Assembly (NCBI RefSeq): GCF_009914755.1
Contig: NC_060929.1
Length of the DNA stretch: 64,000 nt
Direction: 5' to 3' (one strand)
Source of the DNA: the human T2T-CHM13v2.0 reference genome, Homo sapiens
Shown: one piece after another, positions 12,541 through 24,030 of the stretch
Layout of the letters: each line of letters begins with the position of its first letter
Numbering within the stretch: the stretch's first letter is position 1
Program-made: the position numbers and the translations under genes
The notes under the pieces: model-generated
The model's database searches: none
Told to the model about the DNA's origin: nothing
Seen by the model: only the letters and a program-made list of their open reading frames with translations

Positions 12541-15500
12541 CTGTTAGTCCATCTGGTGGCTATAACAGAATATGTAGGCCAAGTAGCTGATAAATAATGG
12601 AAATTTATTGCCCACAGCTCTGGAGGATGAGAAGCCCAAGATGAAATCATCCAGCAGACTTGCAGTCTGGTGAGGTCCCACTTTCTGGTTCATAGTGGAA
12701 GGAGCCAGGGATGCCTCTGGGGCCTCTGGTTTAAGGGCACTAATCCCATTCAGGAGGGCTGCACCCTGAAGACCTAATCACTTCCAGATCCTCCACCTCC
12801 TCACCGTCACGACCTAATCACTTCCAGATCCTCCACCTCCTCACCATCACGACCTAATCACTTCCAGATCCTCCACCTCGTCACCAAAACGACCTAATCA
12901 ATTCCAGATCCTCCACCTCCTCACCATCACGACCTAATCACTTCCAGATCCTCCACCTCCTCACCATCACGACCTAATCACGTCCAGAGCCTCCACCTCC
13001 TCACCATCATGACCTAATCATTTCCAGATCCTCCACCTCCTCACCATCACGACCTAATCACTTCCAGATCCTCCACCTCCTCACCATCACGACCTAATCA
13101 CTTCCAGATCCTCCACCTCCTCACCATCACGACCTAATCACTTCCAGATCCTCCACCTCCTCACCATCACGACCTAATCACTTCCCGGATCCTCCACCTC
13201 CTCACCATCACGACCTAATCACTTCCCGGATCCTCCACCTCCTCACCATCACGACCTAATCACTTCCCGGATCCTCCACCTACTCACCATCACGACCTAA
13301 TCACTTCCAGATCCTCCACCTCCTCACCATCACGACCTAATCACTTCCAGATCCTCCACCTCCTCACCATCACGACCTAATCACTTCCAGATCCTCCACC
13401 TCCTCACCATCACGACCTAATCACTTCCCAGATCCTCCACCTCCTCACCATCACGACCTAATCACTTCCCAGATCCTCCACCTCCTCACCATCACGACCT
13501 AAGCACTTCCCGGATCCTCCACCTACTCACGATCACGACCTAATCACTTCCCAGATCCTCCACCTCCTGACCATCACGACCTAATCACTTCCAGATCCTC
13601 CACCTCGTCACCATCACGACATAATCACTTCCAGATCCTCCACCTCGTCACCATCACGACATAATCACTTCCAGATCCTCCACCTCCTCACCATCACGAC
13701 CTAATCACGTCCAGAGCCTCCACCTCCTCACCATCACGACCTAATCACTTCCAGATCCTCCACCTCCTCGCCATCACGACCTAATCACTTCCAGATCCTC
13801 CACCTCGTCACCATCACGACCTAATCACTTTCAGATCCTCCACCTCCTCACCATCACGACCTAATCACTTCCAGATCCTCCACCTCCTCACCATCACGAC
13901 CTAATCACTTCCCAGATCCTTCACCTCCTCACCATCATGACCTAATCACTTCCCGGATCCTCCACCTCCTCACCATCACGACCTAATCACTTCCCGGATC
14001 CTCCACCTACTGACCATCATGACCTAATCACTTCCCAGAGCCTCCACCTCCTCACCATCGCGACCTAATCACTTCCAGATCCTCCACCTCCTCACCACCA
14101 CGACCTAATCACTTCCCAGATCCTCCACCTCCTCACCATCACGACCTAATCACTTCCCGGATCCTCCACCTCCTCACCATCATGACCTAATCACTTCCGA
14201 GATCCTCCACCTCCTCACCATCACGACCTAATCACTTCCCAGAGCCTCCACCTCCTCACCATCACGACCTAATCACTTCCAAATCCTCCACCTCCTCACC
14301 ATCAAGACCCAATCACTTCCAGATCCTCCACCTCCTCACCATCACGACCTAATCACTTCCCAGATCCTCCATCTCCTCACCATCACGACCTAATCACTTC
14401 CAGATCCTCCACCTCCTCACCATCACGACCTAATCCCTTCCCAGATCCTCCACCTCCTCACCATCACGACCTAATCCCTTCCCAGAGCCTCCACCTCCTC
14501 ACCATCACGACCTAATCACTTCCCAGAGCCTCCACCTCCTCACGATCGCGACCTAATCACTTCCAGATCGTCCACCTCCTCACCATCACGACCTAATCAC
14601 TTCCCGGATCCTCCACCTCCTCACCATCACGACCTAATCACTTCCCGGATCCTCCACCTCCTCACCATCACGACCTAATCACTTCCCGGATCCTCCACCT
14701 CCTCACCATCACGACCTAATCACTTCCCGGATCCTCCACCTACTGACCATCACGACCTAATCACTTCCCAGAGCCTCCACCTCCTCACCATCGCGACCTA
14801 ATCACTTCCAGATCCTCCACCTCCTCACCACCACGACCTAATCACTTCCCAGATCCTCCACCTCCTCACCATCACGACCTAATCACTTCCCGGATCCTCC
14901 ACCTCCTCACCATCATGACCTAATCACTTCCGAGATCCTCCACCTCCTCACCATCACGACCTAATCACTTCCCAGAGCCTCCACCTCCTCACCATCACGA
15001 CCTAATCACTTCCAAATCCTCCACCTCCTCACCATCAAGACCCAATCACTTCCAGATCCTCCACCTCCTCACCATCACGACCTAATCACTTCCCAGATCC
15101 TCCATCTCCTCACCATCACGACCTAATCACTTCCAGATCCTCCACCTCCTCACCATCACGACCTAATCCCTTCCCAGATCCTCCACCTCCTCACCATCAC
15201 GACCTAATCCCTTCCCAGAGCCTCCACCTCCTCACCATCACGACCTAATCACTTCCCAGAGCCTCCACCTCCTCACGATCGCGACCTAATCACTTCCAGA
15301 TCGTCCACCTCCTCACCATCACGACCTAATCACTTCCCGGATCCTCCACCTCCTCACCATCACGACCTAATCACTTCCCGGATCCTCCACCTCCTCACCA
15401 TCATGACCTTATCACTTCCAGATCCTCCACCTCCTCACCATCACGACCTAATCACTTCCAGATCCTCCACCTCCTCACCATCACAACCTAATCACTTCCC

Positions 15501-16803
15501 AGATCCTCCACCTCCTCACCATCACGACCTAATCACTTCCAGATCCTCCACCTCCTCACGATCACGACCTAATCACTTCCAGATCCTCCACCTCCTCAAC
15601 ATCACAACCTAATCACTTCCCAAATCCTCCACCTCCTCACCATCACGACCTAATCACTTCCCAGATCCTCCACCTCCTCACCGTCACGACCTAATAACTT
15701 CCAGATCCTCCACCTCCTCACCATCACGACCTAATCACTTTCAGATCCTCCACTTCCTCACCATCACGACCTAATCACTTCCAGATCCTCCACCTCCTCA
15801 CCATCACGACCTAATCACTTCCCAGATCCTCCACCTCCTCACCATCATGACCTAATCACTTCCCGGATCCTCCACCTCCTCACCATCACGACCTAATCAC
15901 TTCCCGGATCCTCCACCTACTGACCATCACGACCTAATCACTTCCCAGAGCCTCCACCTCCTCACCATCGCGACCTAATCACTTCCAGATCCTCCACCTC
16001 CTCACCACCACGACCTAATCACTTCCCAGATCCTCCACCTCCTCACCATCACGACCTAATCACTTCCCGGATCCTCCACCTCCTCACCATCACGACCTAA
16101 TCACTTCCGAGATCCTCCACCTCCTCACCATCACGACCTAATCACTTCCCAGAGCCTCCACCTCCTCACCATCACGACCTAATCAATTCCAGATCCTCCA
16201 CCTCCTCACCATCACGACCTAATCACTTCCCAGAGCCTCCACCTCCTCACCATCACGACCTAATCACTTCCAGATCCTCCACCTCCTCACCATCACGACC
16301 TAATCACTTCCAGATCCTCTACTTCCTCACCATCATGAGCTAATCACTTCCAGATCCTCCATCTCCTCACCATCACTACCTAATCACTTCCCAGAGCCTC
16401 CACCTCCTCACCATCACGACCTAATTACTTCCCAGATCCTCCACCTCCTCACCATCACGACCTAATCACTTCCCAGATCCTCCACCTCCTCGCCATCACG
16501 ACCTAATCACTTCCAGATCCTCCACCTCCTCACCATCACGACCTAATCACTTCCCAGATCCTCCACCTCCTCACCATCACGACCTAATCACTTCCAGATC
16601 CTCCACCTCCTCACCATCACCACCTAATCACTTCCAGATCCTCCACCTCCTCACCATCAGGACCTGATCACTTCCAGATCCTCCACCTCCTCACCATCAT
16701 GACCTAATCACTTCCCAGAGCCTCCACCTCCTCACCATCATGTTGGGGATTCGGATTTCAACACATGGATTTGGGGAGGGGTGAACACATGCAGCCCATT
16801 GCA
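12541..16803 (-). mobile_element. MLT1A-like MaLR solo LTR split by an internal 4-kb VNTR
   Basis: Left part ttagtccatc...ctataacagaa...aagggcactaatcccattcaggagggctgcaccct and right part tgttggggattcggatttcaacacatggatttggggagg...cccattgca are contiguous in MLT1A consensus through one copy of the VNTR unit. Confidence 0.85.
12771..16740. repeat. Large VNTR, 40/41-bp unit GACCTAATCACTTCC(C)AGATCCTCCACCTCCTCACCATCAC, ~98 copies
   Basis: Direct reading; ~3970 bp, highly homogeneous with recurring variant units. Confidence 0.99.
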
Positions 16804-17144
16804 TTAACACATCCCAGAGTAAACTTGTTGTCTTTTCCACAAACCTCTTCTCTTTCTGGTGCTGAGTTTTCTTGGTGAGAGGATGAGAGGAACTACCCCT
16901 GCAGAGCATGTGCGTGCCCCAAGTCAGCTGGAGTTGGCCTTGACTGTGTCTCCTATTCCACACGCCATGTCCGCAGAACCACATCCTTCTATGTCTCTTC
17001 CCTGATGAGGCTCAGCCCACTCCCGCTGAACCATCCCTCCAAACGCCACCTTCTCAACTCTCACCTGGGTCCCCACATCACCACTGCACCTGTTTCTCAG
17101 CCCCAGTGCCACCAAGGCTCAGCTCCTAGAATCTTCTCAATGAC

Positions 17145-17407
17145 TTTTTTTTTTTTTTTTGAGATGGACTCTTGCTCTGTCACCCAGAATGGAGTGCAAT
17201 CTAGGCTCCCTGCTACCTCTGCCTCCCAGGTTCCAGTGATTTTCCTGTCTTAGCCTCCCAAGTAGCTGGGATTACAGACTAATTTTTGTATTTTTAGTAG
17301 AGACAGGGTTTCACCATGTTGGCCTAGCTGGTCTCGAACTCCTGACCTCGGCCCGCCTTGGCCTACCAAAGTGCTGGGATTACAGGTTTGAGCCACCGCG
17401 CCTGGCC
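17145..17407 (-). mobile_element. Alu SINE (AluS) with several small internal deletions
   Basis: poly-T, gagatggactcttgctctgtcacccag...gtgctgggattacagg...gagccaccgcgcctggcc. Confidence 0.92.
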
Positions 17408-20219
17408 TCATTGCTGTGGCTCTGAGCCCCACCTCCTGAACTACAGGAGACTTTAATTCTCCCATTCATTTCCTCCCCAGGATTTACACGACCCTCAGGT
17501 TTGCAGGAACAGCCCACACCTGGGGCAGTCCCAGTTGCTTGGCTGAAAAGCCTGGCCTCCCCTGAAGAGCCCATCACCCCCTCCTCTTCCTCCTGCTGTC
17601 ACCCTCTGCTCTGTGCCACTTCCTGCTGGGTGCCCAGGATATCCAGGGCATTCCACTGCACTTCTGTGCAGGGGTGCCGCAGGGTTTAGTGGGCTAATCC
17701 CATTGTGAAGGGCAGTTTGGCATCCCCAACCCTGGCCATTCCCAGTTATCCTGAGGTCAGACAACCTGCGTATTTGCAAACATCCCAGGTCTGCCACACT
17801 GCTCACACCATGAGTTCACCCTCAGCATGTTGGTGCCCCCTTCCACGTCACAACCTCAGGGTAGGGCCTTGGAGGCGCCCCCAACTGGTCCTTGACCGGC
17901 AGCAGAGGCTGTTGCTGTCTCCCAATACCCATTCTCACCAAGAGGGACTGGGCCGTGTTCCCAAGCTCGAGCCACCAGCCCCAGCTTTCCAGCTGCAGGT
18001 GAGAGACTGTGGCCAGGTTCTGGCAGACGGGCCGTGGTTTCAGCCTGAGTGTCCTCACTGTGTCCCTTCTGCTGGTGACAGGAGGGAGAACACAGATGCG
18101 ATTGTGTGCTGAGGGTGTCGCCACCCTGGCAGAAGGGCTTGGGGGTTTTGACCTGCCCTGCTGGCCCCCGCCCTGGCCTACCTGCGCCAGGTTTTGGGCG
18201 AGGGAAAGCCGCCCTCCCTTATTGGACCCTGCTTGTTCAGGTTTTCCCACAGCAGCTGGGCTCTGTGGACACCTGGCCCACCTTTCACCCCAGTTTGCTC
18301 CAAGCCTATACCCAGGCTTTTCCTTTGTCTTGCCCCAAGCAGGATTCACAGCAGATGACTAACAGGGGGTACACAGAGGATGGGGGTACACACAACAGTT
18401 GCCCCAAGTCTCATGACCCGAACCCTCCAGGGAAGTGTGTCCTCTCCCTCTCCTTGGTGGCAGCACAAGGACATGTGCTCCAGGTCGTGGGATGTGGACA
18501 TGTACGAAGGCCACAGATGGGGTTTCTCTAGAGGGCCAGTTGACCAGCACTCCCTGCCCCTGCCCCATCTGTGGTCCACGAGTGGCCAGAGACCATCTAG
18601 TGTGCAAATGTGACACCAGGAGCATCTTCAGCACATCCTTCTGGCCTTCCTGGTCTGGGCCTGGCCCTCAGCAGCTGCACTTCTGCCCCCCTGCACCCTG
18701 CAGAGACATCAGATCGGACAATAATCTGTTTGGCAATTATACCTACAACTGTGTTACTTGCTGTTTCAAGACTGAACAGACATCATCTTTAAGCATTTTT
18801 TAAAGTCTGATTTTTTTGTGACGCTCTCAGGAAGAAAGACTCCACTGCTGCTGTGGCATTGTGAGGTGGTCATTGTCCCTCCTCCCGATACAGGTGGGAG
18901 ATGGATGTGACACAGCCCCTCATCGGGCCGCTCTGCTGCAGTGAAGCTGTGCCTCCGTTTGCCGGGTGGCCTCTGCGTGGCTGACTCATTGGCTTCTTTC
19001 AGGATGAGTCACCTGAGGGGGCACTACCCAGCCACCGAGTGAGCAGCTGGAAGCCCGGGGTTAAGTGTTATTGATTTCAGAGCAGCAGCAGCGTGATCGG
19101 GTTTCAAGCTAGTTCCCATTGAATTAATTTTTGTGGATCGGTGTTTGAAGTTTGGGTGGGAATAATTGGCCTGGGAGAGACTCCTTGCATCCTTGCCGGG
19201 TAATGAAGCTGGAGGCAGGCGTGCGCCCCCTCTCAAGAGACAGGCTTGGTGTTGAAGTCTTTTTTGGTTACTAGGAGACCACCTGGAGTCTCCAACTGCA
19301 GCCAGCGGGAGACAGGTCCGCGGATGGGCAGGTGGACACGGCGTTTCTGGGTCCCAGCTATGCATGTGAGGCTCAGGGCTCCTGCTGACCTCTGCCCTGC
19401 CTGGGAGACACCTGCCTCCTTGGACTCCCAGTGAGTCCAGAGCCTCTGGGTTTGTGCTGGGAGCTTGAGGGCAGAGGCTGTGGCCAGAGCTGCATGAAAT
19501 TCCTCTCCTCACACACCATGGACCTCCTTGACCTGCAAGCACCCAGTGTCCTCTGGAGAATGCACCACAGAGAAGCCAGTTCATTGTGGCTTCTTGTTTT
19601 TGTTTTTCTTAATTTTCATTCTTTGCTGCTTTTAGGGTCAGCATTGGTTTTTACTGATGTTCGACAATGTCAGGGACAGGTTCTCTCTCCTTCCTCATGT
19701 AAAATGAGGGTTTCTTTATTAGGGACTTGGGGACTACCTCCCAGGAGCCAGCCTTTCCCTGGCCTTGGGGGTACCAGACTCCCTGGCCACTCGGGAAATA
19801 GCCCATGGCAGAGTCAGGGTCCATATGACAGGTGATGTTTCTGCAACTGTAACACAGCCCACCTCGCGAGGCTGATGGGAGAATCAGAGGAGCTCACGTA
19901 CAGGAGAGTCCTCTGTCACCTGGAGGGCTGTGTGGGTCCTCATCATTGCCTTTGTCATTGAAGCCCTCACCACTACCCCTGTGGGGGAGATGTGCATTTG
20001 CAGGAGAACCTTGCAGAGCATCAGATGCATGGAGTGTATCAGGATCTCAGGAGACGCCAAAGAAACACGGACACGGTGTCCGATGGCCCATCTGTGCCCC
20101 CTTCTCCACTATTTGCAAAGATTAAATGACAGGCAACCATCTTTGAAACATGCATTGAATGGGCTGTTTAGGAGTTGAACATTTTCTAATTGAAAAGACT
20201 CATCTCTCTACGGAAGAGG

Positions 20220-20577
20220 TGTATTACTCTGTTCACGCTGCTGATACATACATACCTGAGACTGGGTAATTTATAAGGAAAAAGAGGTTTAATGAACTCA
20301 CAGTTCTACATGACTGGGGAGGCCTCACAATCATGGCAGAAGGTGAAAGTCGCTTCTTATGTAGCGGGGGCAAGAGAGAGAATGAGAGCCAAGCGAAAGA
20401 GGTTTCCCCTGATAAAACCATCAGATCTCGTGAGACTTATTCACTGGCATAACAGTATGGGGAACAACACCCCCATGATTCAATTATCTCCCACTAGGTC
20501 CCTCCCACAACGCATGGGAATTGTGGGAGCTACAACTCCAGATGAGATTTGGGTGGGGACACAGCCAAACCAGATCA
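20220..20577 (-). mobile_element. THE1 (THE1B-like) solo LTR
   Basis: tgtatta...gagactgggtaatttataag...ggaggcctcacaatcatggcagaagg...gatgagatttgggtggggacacagccaaaccagatca. Confidence 0.93.
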
Positions 20578-21265
20578 AGGGTCTTGCTGGCTCGGATGCG
20601 ACTCTGCTCTGTCTGTTCCCTGAGTTTTAAATCAGCCGTCCTGTGGTTTGTGCACAGCTGAGGGTCTTCATGCAGCAGCCCAGGCTGCCTCCTGGGCAGG
20701 GTCAGGGTCAGGGCAGTGGGAGGGGGATCTGAGCACTGGAGATGCCTGCGTAACCCATGCAGGCCATGGGAAGTGCCCCGCATGGCGCCTTGTTGGGCAC
20801 CTGAAGGCCCAAGCCAGAAACTCCCGCTGGACTCGGGGGCCTGCCGGTCAATGCTTGAAGAAAGGGGCTTTGGGAAGCCCACTGCCACCCAGGCCCCTTG
20901 TGCCCACAAATCCTGATTGTTCTGGTAACTGCTCCCTGGAACTTCAGTCCACAGGAAATATCTACCTTGTATGTCTATTTTATTGCTTTCAAGATCCAAT
21001 TTTAAAGCCAGTGCCATACTAACCTTCTGCGTTTTGATTTCCTTGTCTGTTGCCTCACCTGGCCAGGAAGGGAGACTCCAACTGAAGACGCCTGCCCTGG
21101 CCCCCGGTTCTGGGCCCAGACCCCTACCAGGTACCGGAAGAGCAGAAACCCAGGGTTCTGCTGCCCGAGGGGGACTAGCGACATCTAGTGGTAACATCAC
21201 CCAACTACAGCCACTTGTTTCCTGGGTTCCAGAACCTCAGGGTCACTCAACAATTTACCCGGTGC

Positions 21266-21735
21266 CACATATGTTTATTACAGCACTATTCACAATAGCA
21301 AAGACATGGAATCAACCCAAATGTCCATCAATGATAGACTGGATAAAGAAACTGTGGTACATATACACCATGAAATACTATACAGCCATAAAAAGGAGTG
21401 AGATCATGTCCTTTGCAGGGACATGGATGGAGCTGGAAGCCATCATCCTCAGCAAACTAACACGGGAACAGAAAACCAAACACCACATGTTCTCACTCAC
21501 AAATGGGAACTGAACAATGAGAACACATGCACACAGGGAGGGTAACAACACACACAGGGCCCTGTTGGGGAGCTGGGGAAAGGGAGAGCATCAGTATAAA
21601 TAGCTAATGCATGCCAGGGTTCATACCTAGGTGATGGATTGACAGGTGCAGCAAACCACCATGGCACACGTTTACCGGTGTAACAAACCTGCAAATGTAT
21701 CCCAGAACTTAAAATAAAGTAATAATAATAATAAT
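21266..21735 (+). mobile_element. 5'-truncated L1 (older L1PA-type) 3' end with ORF2 C-terminus, 3' UTR and A-rich tail
   Basis: Translates to MFITALFTIAKTWNQPKCPSMIDWIKKLWYIYTM (L1 ORF2p C-terminus); aataaa and (AAT)n tail; degenerate TSD aatttacccggtgc / aattcaacaggtgc. Confidence 0.93.
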
Positions 21736-21974
21736 TCAACAGGTGCTGTGCTGGGGCTTTGAGCCTGGGCAGATATTGGTCCTCACAATCTTATTTTTAC
21801 CCTTCCCTTATAAGCTAGAGATTTACAAATGTTTCAGAAAGAAGCTTTGAGATTGTTCAGTCCAACCCCTTATCATGCCTGACTCCAGGCTATGGAGTCC
21901 ACACTGGGTGCCTCCCAGTCTCCGTGGACTCCTTCAGTGGCAGCAGACTCACCTGAAGATCTCGTCCCCATCTC

Positions 21975-22420
21975 ACAGAGTGGTGTCGAGGCTGGGGAGG
22001 GTCTTGGACCATTTACACTCTCATTGCACAGATGGAAGATGGACCATTTACACTCTCATTGCACAGATGGAAGATGGACCATTTACACTCTCATTGCACA
22101 GATGGAAGATGGACCATTTACACTCTCACTGCACAGATGGAAGATGGACCATTTACATTCTCACTGCACAGATGGAAGATGGACCATTTACACTCTCACT
22201 GCACAGATGGAAGATGGACCATTTGCACTCTCACTGCACAGATGGAAGATGGACCATTTACACTCTCACTGCACAGATGGAAGATGGACCATTTGCACTC
22301 TCACTGCACAGATGGAAGACTGAAGAGTCAATGGGAGTGGAGATTTGGTCATACTCAGTGGATTTGTGGCTAAGCCAGGCTGAACCTGAGTTCTCCTTGA
22401 TATTAGCCTATAGTTCTTTC
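21975..22420 (-). mobile_element. MIR/MIR3-like SINE containing an internal 35-bp minisatellite
   Basis: With the array collapsed, gagggtcttggaccatttacactctcattgcacagatggaagactgaag...ggtcatac...gtggctaagccaggctgaacctgag aligns to the MIR core (ctcattttacagatgaggaaactgaggc...). Confidence 0.6.
22006..22320. repeat. 35-bp minisatellite GGACCATTTACACTCTCAYTGCACAGATGGAAGAT, 9 copies
   Basis: Direct reading. Confidence 0.97.
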
Positions 22421-22449
22421 CTCCAGCAATATATAGTAAAATATTAGAA

Positions 22450-22650
22450 CCTTCCTTTTCTTCTTCCTTTCGTCTCTCCCTCCATCTCTCCCTCTTTTTT
22501 CTCTCTCCCTTCACCCCTCCCTCCCTTCTTTTCTCCCTCCATCCCTTTCTTCTTCCTTCTCTCCCTTCCTCTCTTCTTACCTCTTCTCCTTCCCTCCCTC
22601 TCTTCTTCTGTCTCTCCTTCCCTTTCTCCTTACATCTTTCTTCCCTTTTT
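22450..22650. repeat. CT-rich low-complexity tract
   Basis: Direct reading. Confidence 0.85.
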
Positions 22651-22869
22651 CAACAACTACCTCCTGACTTCCCATTTTACGAACCCCTACAGACACTGCA
22701 TAGAGTGAATGTGAACCATCGCAGGGACCTGGGACCTGGCATTCCTGTGGGGAACCAGTCAATGCAGAAACAATCAGAGGGTTCCTCCCCCACTGCCCCA
22801 TCCACCAAAAAAAAAAAAAAAAAAAAAAAAAGGCAGGAGGCCATGAGGAAGGTGATGGCATCATCACAT

Positions 22870-23385
22870 TCATGGTTAAAAGGGGCAGAACTCAACATGA
22901 ACTGGTTTGAACAAACAAAGAGAATGGCTGGTGGCCTGGGGAGCCCAGGATGGTGGGCTTGGGCACCCAGACTCTGACATTAGGGCCATTTTTGTCTGTC
23001 TTGTGGCTCGGCCTCTGTCTCCCAGTTGGCACTTTCTTTCCCACTCAGGATGCTGCTTGTGAGCAGTGAGGGAGGACTGGGCACCACCCTGGTGGGCACA
23101 GCCACAGACACAGCAGGTGGGCCATGCCTCCAGGTACACCAGAGGAAAGTGAACTCACCTCTCCTAAACCTGCATATCAGATCCCGGGGAAATCAGTAGG
23201 GCTGGCGGGCCTTCTAGGTCCACCTGGAACCTCGACTGTGGCAGGCCTTCAAGATGCATCCAGGCCACTGCCAGCACTGCAGCCAGGGGGTATGCGCAGC
23301 CCTGCCAGGAACCATGGGGGCATGAGGAGGGAAAGCCGTCTGCTGGCAGAGAGGATGCTGGACAGATGCAAAGACCAGTCCCATC
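22870..23385 (-). mobile_element. Old MaLR LTR remnant (MLT1J/K/L-like)
   Basis: aactggtttgaacaaacaaagagaat start and gaggatgctggacagatgc end resemble antisense late-MLT1 LTRs; highly diverged. Confidence 0.4.
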
Positions 23386-23429
23386 TTGGGGCTTCAGAAA
23401 GAACTTCTAACCAAAGGCAGTCGGATCCA

Positions 23430-24030
23430 AGACCTGAATAAAGTTGTCTCAGTCAAGAGAAAAGGGTGCAAGGTGGAAAACAGTGATCCAGCGATGGGAA
23501 TGGCACACATCAGAGCTAGGAGAATAGTGGGCCAGCGATGGGAACGGCACACATCAGAGCTAGGAGAATAGTGGGCCAGCGATGGGAGCGGCACACATCA
23601 CAGCGAGGAGAATAGTGATCCAGCGACTGGAACGGCACACATCACAGTGAGGAGAATAGTAGTCCAACAACAGGAACAGCACACACCACAGCGAGGAGGG
23701 CCGAGGGCACATTCCGACCACGTGCAGGAGGCCGGTGGGCCGGGAACTCACCCAGAGCTGTATGTGGGGAGGTGGGAGAGACAGGCTGGATGGGGCAACA
23801 GGAGCTTGACTGCGGCCTTTCTAGTCTGTATTACCCATTTGGGACTTTATTCACAGGGTGACTTGGGGTGTGGACAGGCTTTAAGCACAAGCAGGATCTG
23901 TTTTTACTTTGATCTGGTGAAGATCATTGTGGTCACCACGTGAGTGGAGGGACCCCGGCAGTAGGTAGGAGAGTTAAGAGGCTGTTGTGACAATCAGAAT
24001 AGAAATGACGGTCATGGCACCAAGGTGTTG
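23430..24030 (-). mobile_element. L2 fragment containing an internal 44-bp minisatellite
   Basis: tttgggactttattcac...ggctttaagca...gatctgtttttac...aagatcattgtgg...gttaagaggctgttg...gaaatgacggt follows antisense L2 consensus. Confidence 0.65.
23481..23698. repeat. 44-bp minisatellite CCAGCGATGGGAACGGCACACATCAGAGCTAGGAGAATAGTGGG, ~5 copies
   Basis: Units start at 23488, 23532, 23576, 23620; last copy diverged. Confidence 0.93.

Noticed and set aside
20308-20325. THE1B recombination-hotspot motif position
   Set aside because: Reads CCTCCCCAGTCAT on the LTR strand, not the hotspot-associated CCTCCCT form
20971-21513. 180-aa ORF with real protein similarity
   Set aside because: Similarity is only the L1 ORF2p C-terminus of a truncated L1 joined by chance to upstream sequence
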